Sequence record: NZ_CP106960.1
Direction: 5' to 3' (one strand)
DNA: 64,000 bases
Source: a plasmid
Shown here one piece after another: positions 62,498-64,000 of this stretch (its first letter is position 1; every line of letters starts with the position of its first letter). A program made the position numbers and the translations under genes. Below the pieces are notes generated by a model. The model was not told the DNA's origin. It ran no database searches and saw only the letters and a program-made list of their open reading frames with translations.

Positions 62498-63361
62498 TCA
62501 GGTTGTAACTGGAGACAGTCTGGTATAGTTGTTATTGCGGGATAAGAGCATTCGCTCCTTCACCCTTCGCTCTACTTCACGTTTAACGGCTTCGTGATCC
62601 CCGAAGAACCGTTTCCGGGCAATGTCACGGGTCAGCTGCTGCTTGACCAGCGTTTCAACATCTTTACGTTGGCGATCGGCATCACGGCGTGCTGTAGCGC
62701 GTTTCTGCCCGTGCGCTTTACGCTCAATCTGGTAACTACGGAAACGCTCACGAACGTACCGCCAGGCTTTTGCTATCAATTCATCCATTTCAAGCGGCTC
62801 TAACCGCTGTTTCTTCCGCTTTTGATTTTCCCATTCCACGCGGCTGCGACGTGCAGCTGCCACAGCAACATCAGAGATATCCAGGGCTGAAAACATAACC
62901 GGTGTAAAAGTGATATCAGTCGGAATATAGCACCCTATCTGCGGATCATATTCAGTCTGGTATGTAATTTGGCCCAGCTCGGCCATAAACTGAAGAGCGC
63001 GGGTAGCACGGGTAATGGATAAATTGCCATTTTTGGATTCGGTGGCCAGGCCGGACTCTATAGCCAGGGTTGTAATAGAGCACTGTACTCGGTTGGCCAG
63101 GGGATCGTAATGGAAACACAATGCCTGCAAAAGCGCATCAATCGCACGCCGACGCAGCAGTGGAGGCATGCGTTTTCGCACCCCTAACGAACGCATGTAT
63201 GCGACATGGATTGCAAAGTCGAAACGGGACGTGAAGCCTTCAGCTTTAGCCATTAGTTTTCGACAGAAAGGCAATGTTTTCTTACCTTCTGAGGGGGTAA
63301 ATACCGGTGTAGGGTTTTTAACCTGACGGTATTGGGTTAAAGGTGCTTGAACCTCAGCCAC
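62498..63361 (-). CDS. repA1: IncFII replication initiator RepA1, 287 aa
   Basis: ...[50 protein letters not shown]...[21 protein letters not shown]... closely matches R100/R1 RepA1. Confidence 0.9.
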   Translation of the reverse strand: MAEVQAPLTQYRQVKNPTPVFTPSEGKKTLPFCRKLMAKAEGFTSRFDFAIHVAYMRSLGVRKRMPPLLRRRAIDALLQALCFHYDPLANRVQCSITTLAIESGLATESKNGNLSITRATRALQFMAELGQITYQTEYDPQIGCYIPTDITFTPVMFSALDISDVAVAAARRSRVEWENQKRKKQRLEPLEMDELIAKAWRYVRERFRSYQIERKAHGQKRATARRDADRQRKDVETLVKQQLTRDIARKRFFGDHEAVKREVERRVKERMLLSRNNNYTRLSPVTT

Positions 63362-63660
63362 GCCTTCCTGCGCTTATGTTGCATAGAAGGAGCAGGCACG
63401 GAAAGTCTTGTCTTTTTTCGCGCACGAGTTATACTCCCACACAGAAGCAACAACTTCTGTATGATTTAGTTAGGACCCCGTTAATCTACCGATGCCGCCA
63501 AGTATCTAAGATTATCGGGGTTTTTGCTTTTCTGGGCTCAGCTTTTCAACCTGCCAGACCTGTCACCTTATCAGGCGTGACAACCTCATAAATTCTTTTA
63601 TAACAATAAGTTTGCCGACTCTACCACTACAGACAAAAAGGATCAATTTAGGATCCTTTA
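63362..63660 (-). promoter_or_regulatory. copA: repA1 leader / CopA-CopT antisense control region (inferred by position)
   Basis: Established IncFII organisation. The stem-loops were not individually verified. Confidence 0.35.
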
Positions 63661-63665
63661 CAGCA

Positions 63666-63920
63666 TCATCCTGCTTTTTGTGAACGATGAGCTTCAGCGT
63701 CACGCTTCAGACTCTCGAAGAGCTCCAGTGGGACAAGATAAAACGCCGGCGCGCTACGGTTCAGAATAGCAATCGCATCACCCTCTGCTGACTCGACAGT
63801 CCCTAACGGATCCCTTTTGAACTCCGTGATACCAGCGACTTTCGTGCAATGTATCGGATGTGCCATAACTCCTCCTGATTCACAGATAGCACTTACGAAT
63901 TTTTTTATCCTAGCACACAA
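63666..63920 (-). CDS. Small protein in the RepA2 (CopB) position with a Phd/YefM-antitoxin-like fold signature, 84 aa (66 aa counted from MAHPIH)
   Basis: ...ITEFKRDPLGTVESAEGDAIAILNRSAPAFYLVPLELFESL... matches the Phd/YefM N-domain pattern. No toxin gene is adjacent. Confidence 0.45.
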   Translation of the reverse strand: MCARIKKFVSAICESGGVMAHPIHCTKVAGITEFKRDPLGTVESAEGDAIAILNRSAPAFYLVPLELFESLKRDAEAHRSQKAG

Positions 63921-64000
63921 TCAGACACTTAAAAGCATCATTAACGAATATTATGATCGCAGATCAAATCCAGTTAACTATCATCTCGCATGGTATAGTA

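Noticed and set aside
63666-63920. Calling the Phd/YefM-like ORF a toxin-antitoxin module
   Set aside because: No toxin ORF is present on either side within the window, so it is reported only as a Phd-fold small protein in the CopB position.

Overview
This 64-kb window reads as part of an IncFII-type enterobacterial multiresistance conjugative plasmid. It contains four main blocks.

- **Leading-region island (1 to about 12 kb).** All genes are on the minus strand: an N6-adenine DNA methyltransferase, hok/mok, psiA, psiB, a 671-aa ParB-like nuclease-domain protein, ardA and several unknown ORFs. The island is punctuated by two families of long hairpin-capable direct repeats (about 523 bp x2 plus one partial copy; about 226 bp x3). 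These sit exactly where single-strand (Frpo/ssi-type) promoters occur in F-like and I-like leading regions. The unknown ORFs between them are the best candidates for undescribed anti-defence functions.
- **EcoRII restriction-modification cassette.** M.EcoRII (477 aa) and R.EcoRII (404 aa) lie tail to tail, flanked by a truncated IS1 and a Hin-like serine recombinase.
- **IS1-bounded resistance region (17677..41834, about 24 kb).** In order: IS1, truncated pecM, tetA(A)-tetR(A), a complete IncP-1alpha (RK2-type) oriV with 8 iterons, and a Tn21 derivative. The Tn21 derivative carries the full mer operon (merRTPCADE) and urf2, a class 1 integron (intI1, weak Pc variant, dfrA1-aadA1-qacEdelta1-sul1-orf5, truncated tniB, tniA), then res, tnpR and a tnpA cut by the second IS1. 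Inside tniA sits an IS26-bounded unit (aph(3')-Ia, ISKpn19-family transposase, qnrS1) with identical 8-bp flanks.
- **Backbone.** mucAB with a LexA box; a ParM/ParR-like partition locus next to a ParA/ParG-like locus that shares the same repeat motif; a set of small ORFs each preceded by a conserved element; a tyrosine recombinase; a divergent pair made of a DUF4145-like Zn-ribbon protein and a GC-rich 3-gene operon of unknown function; an operon ending in a secreted SNase-like nuclease; and an IncFII repA1 replicon with a Phd/YefM-like small protein in the CopB position.

No CRISPR array and no tRNA or rRNA genes were seen.
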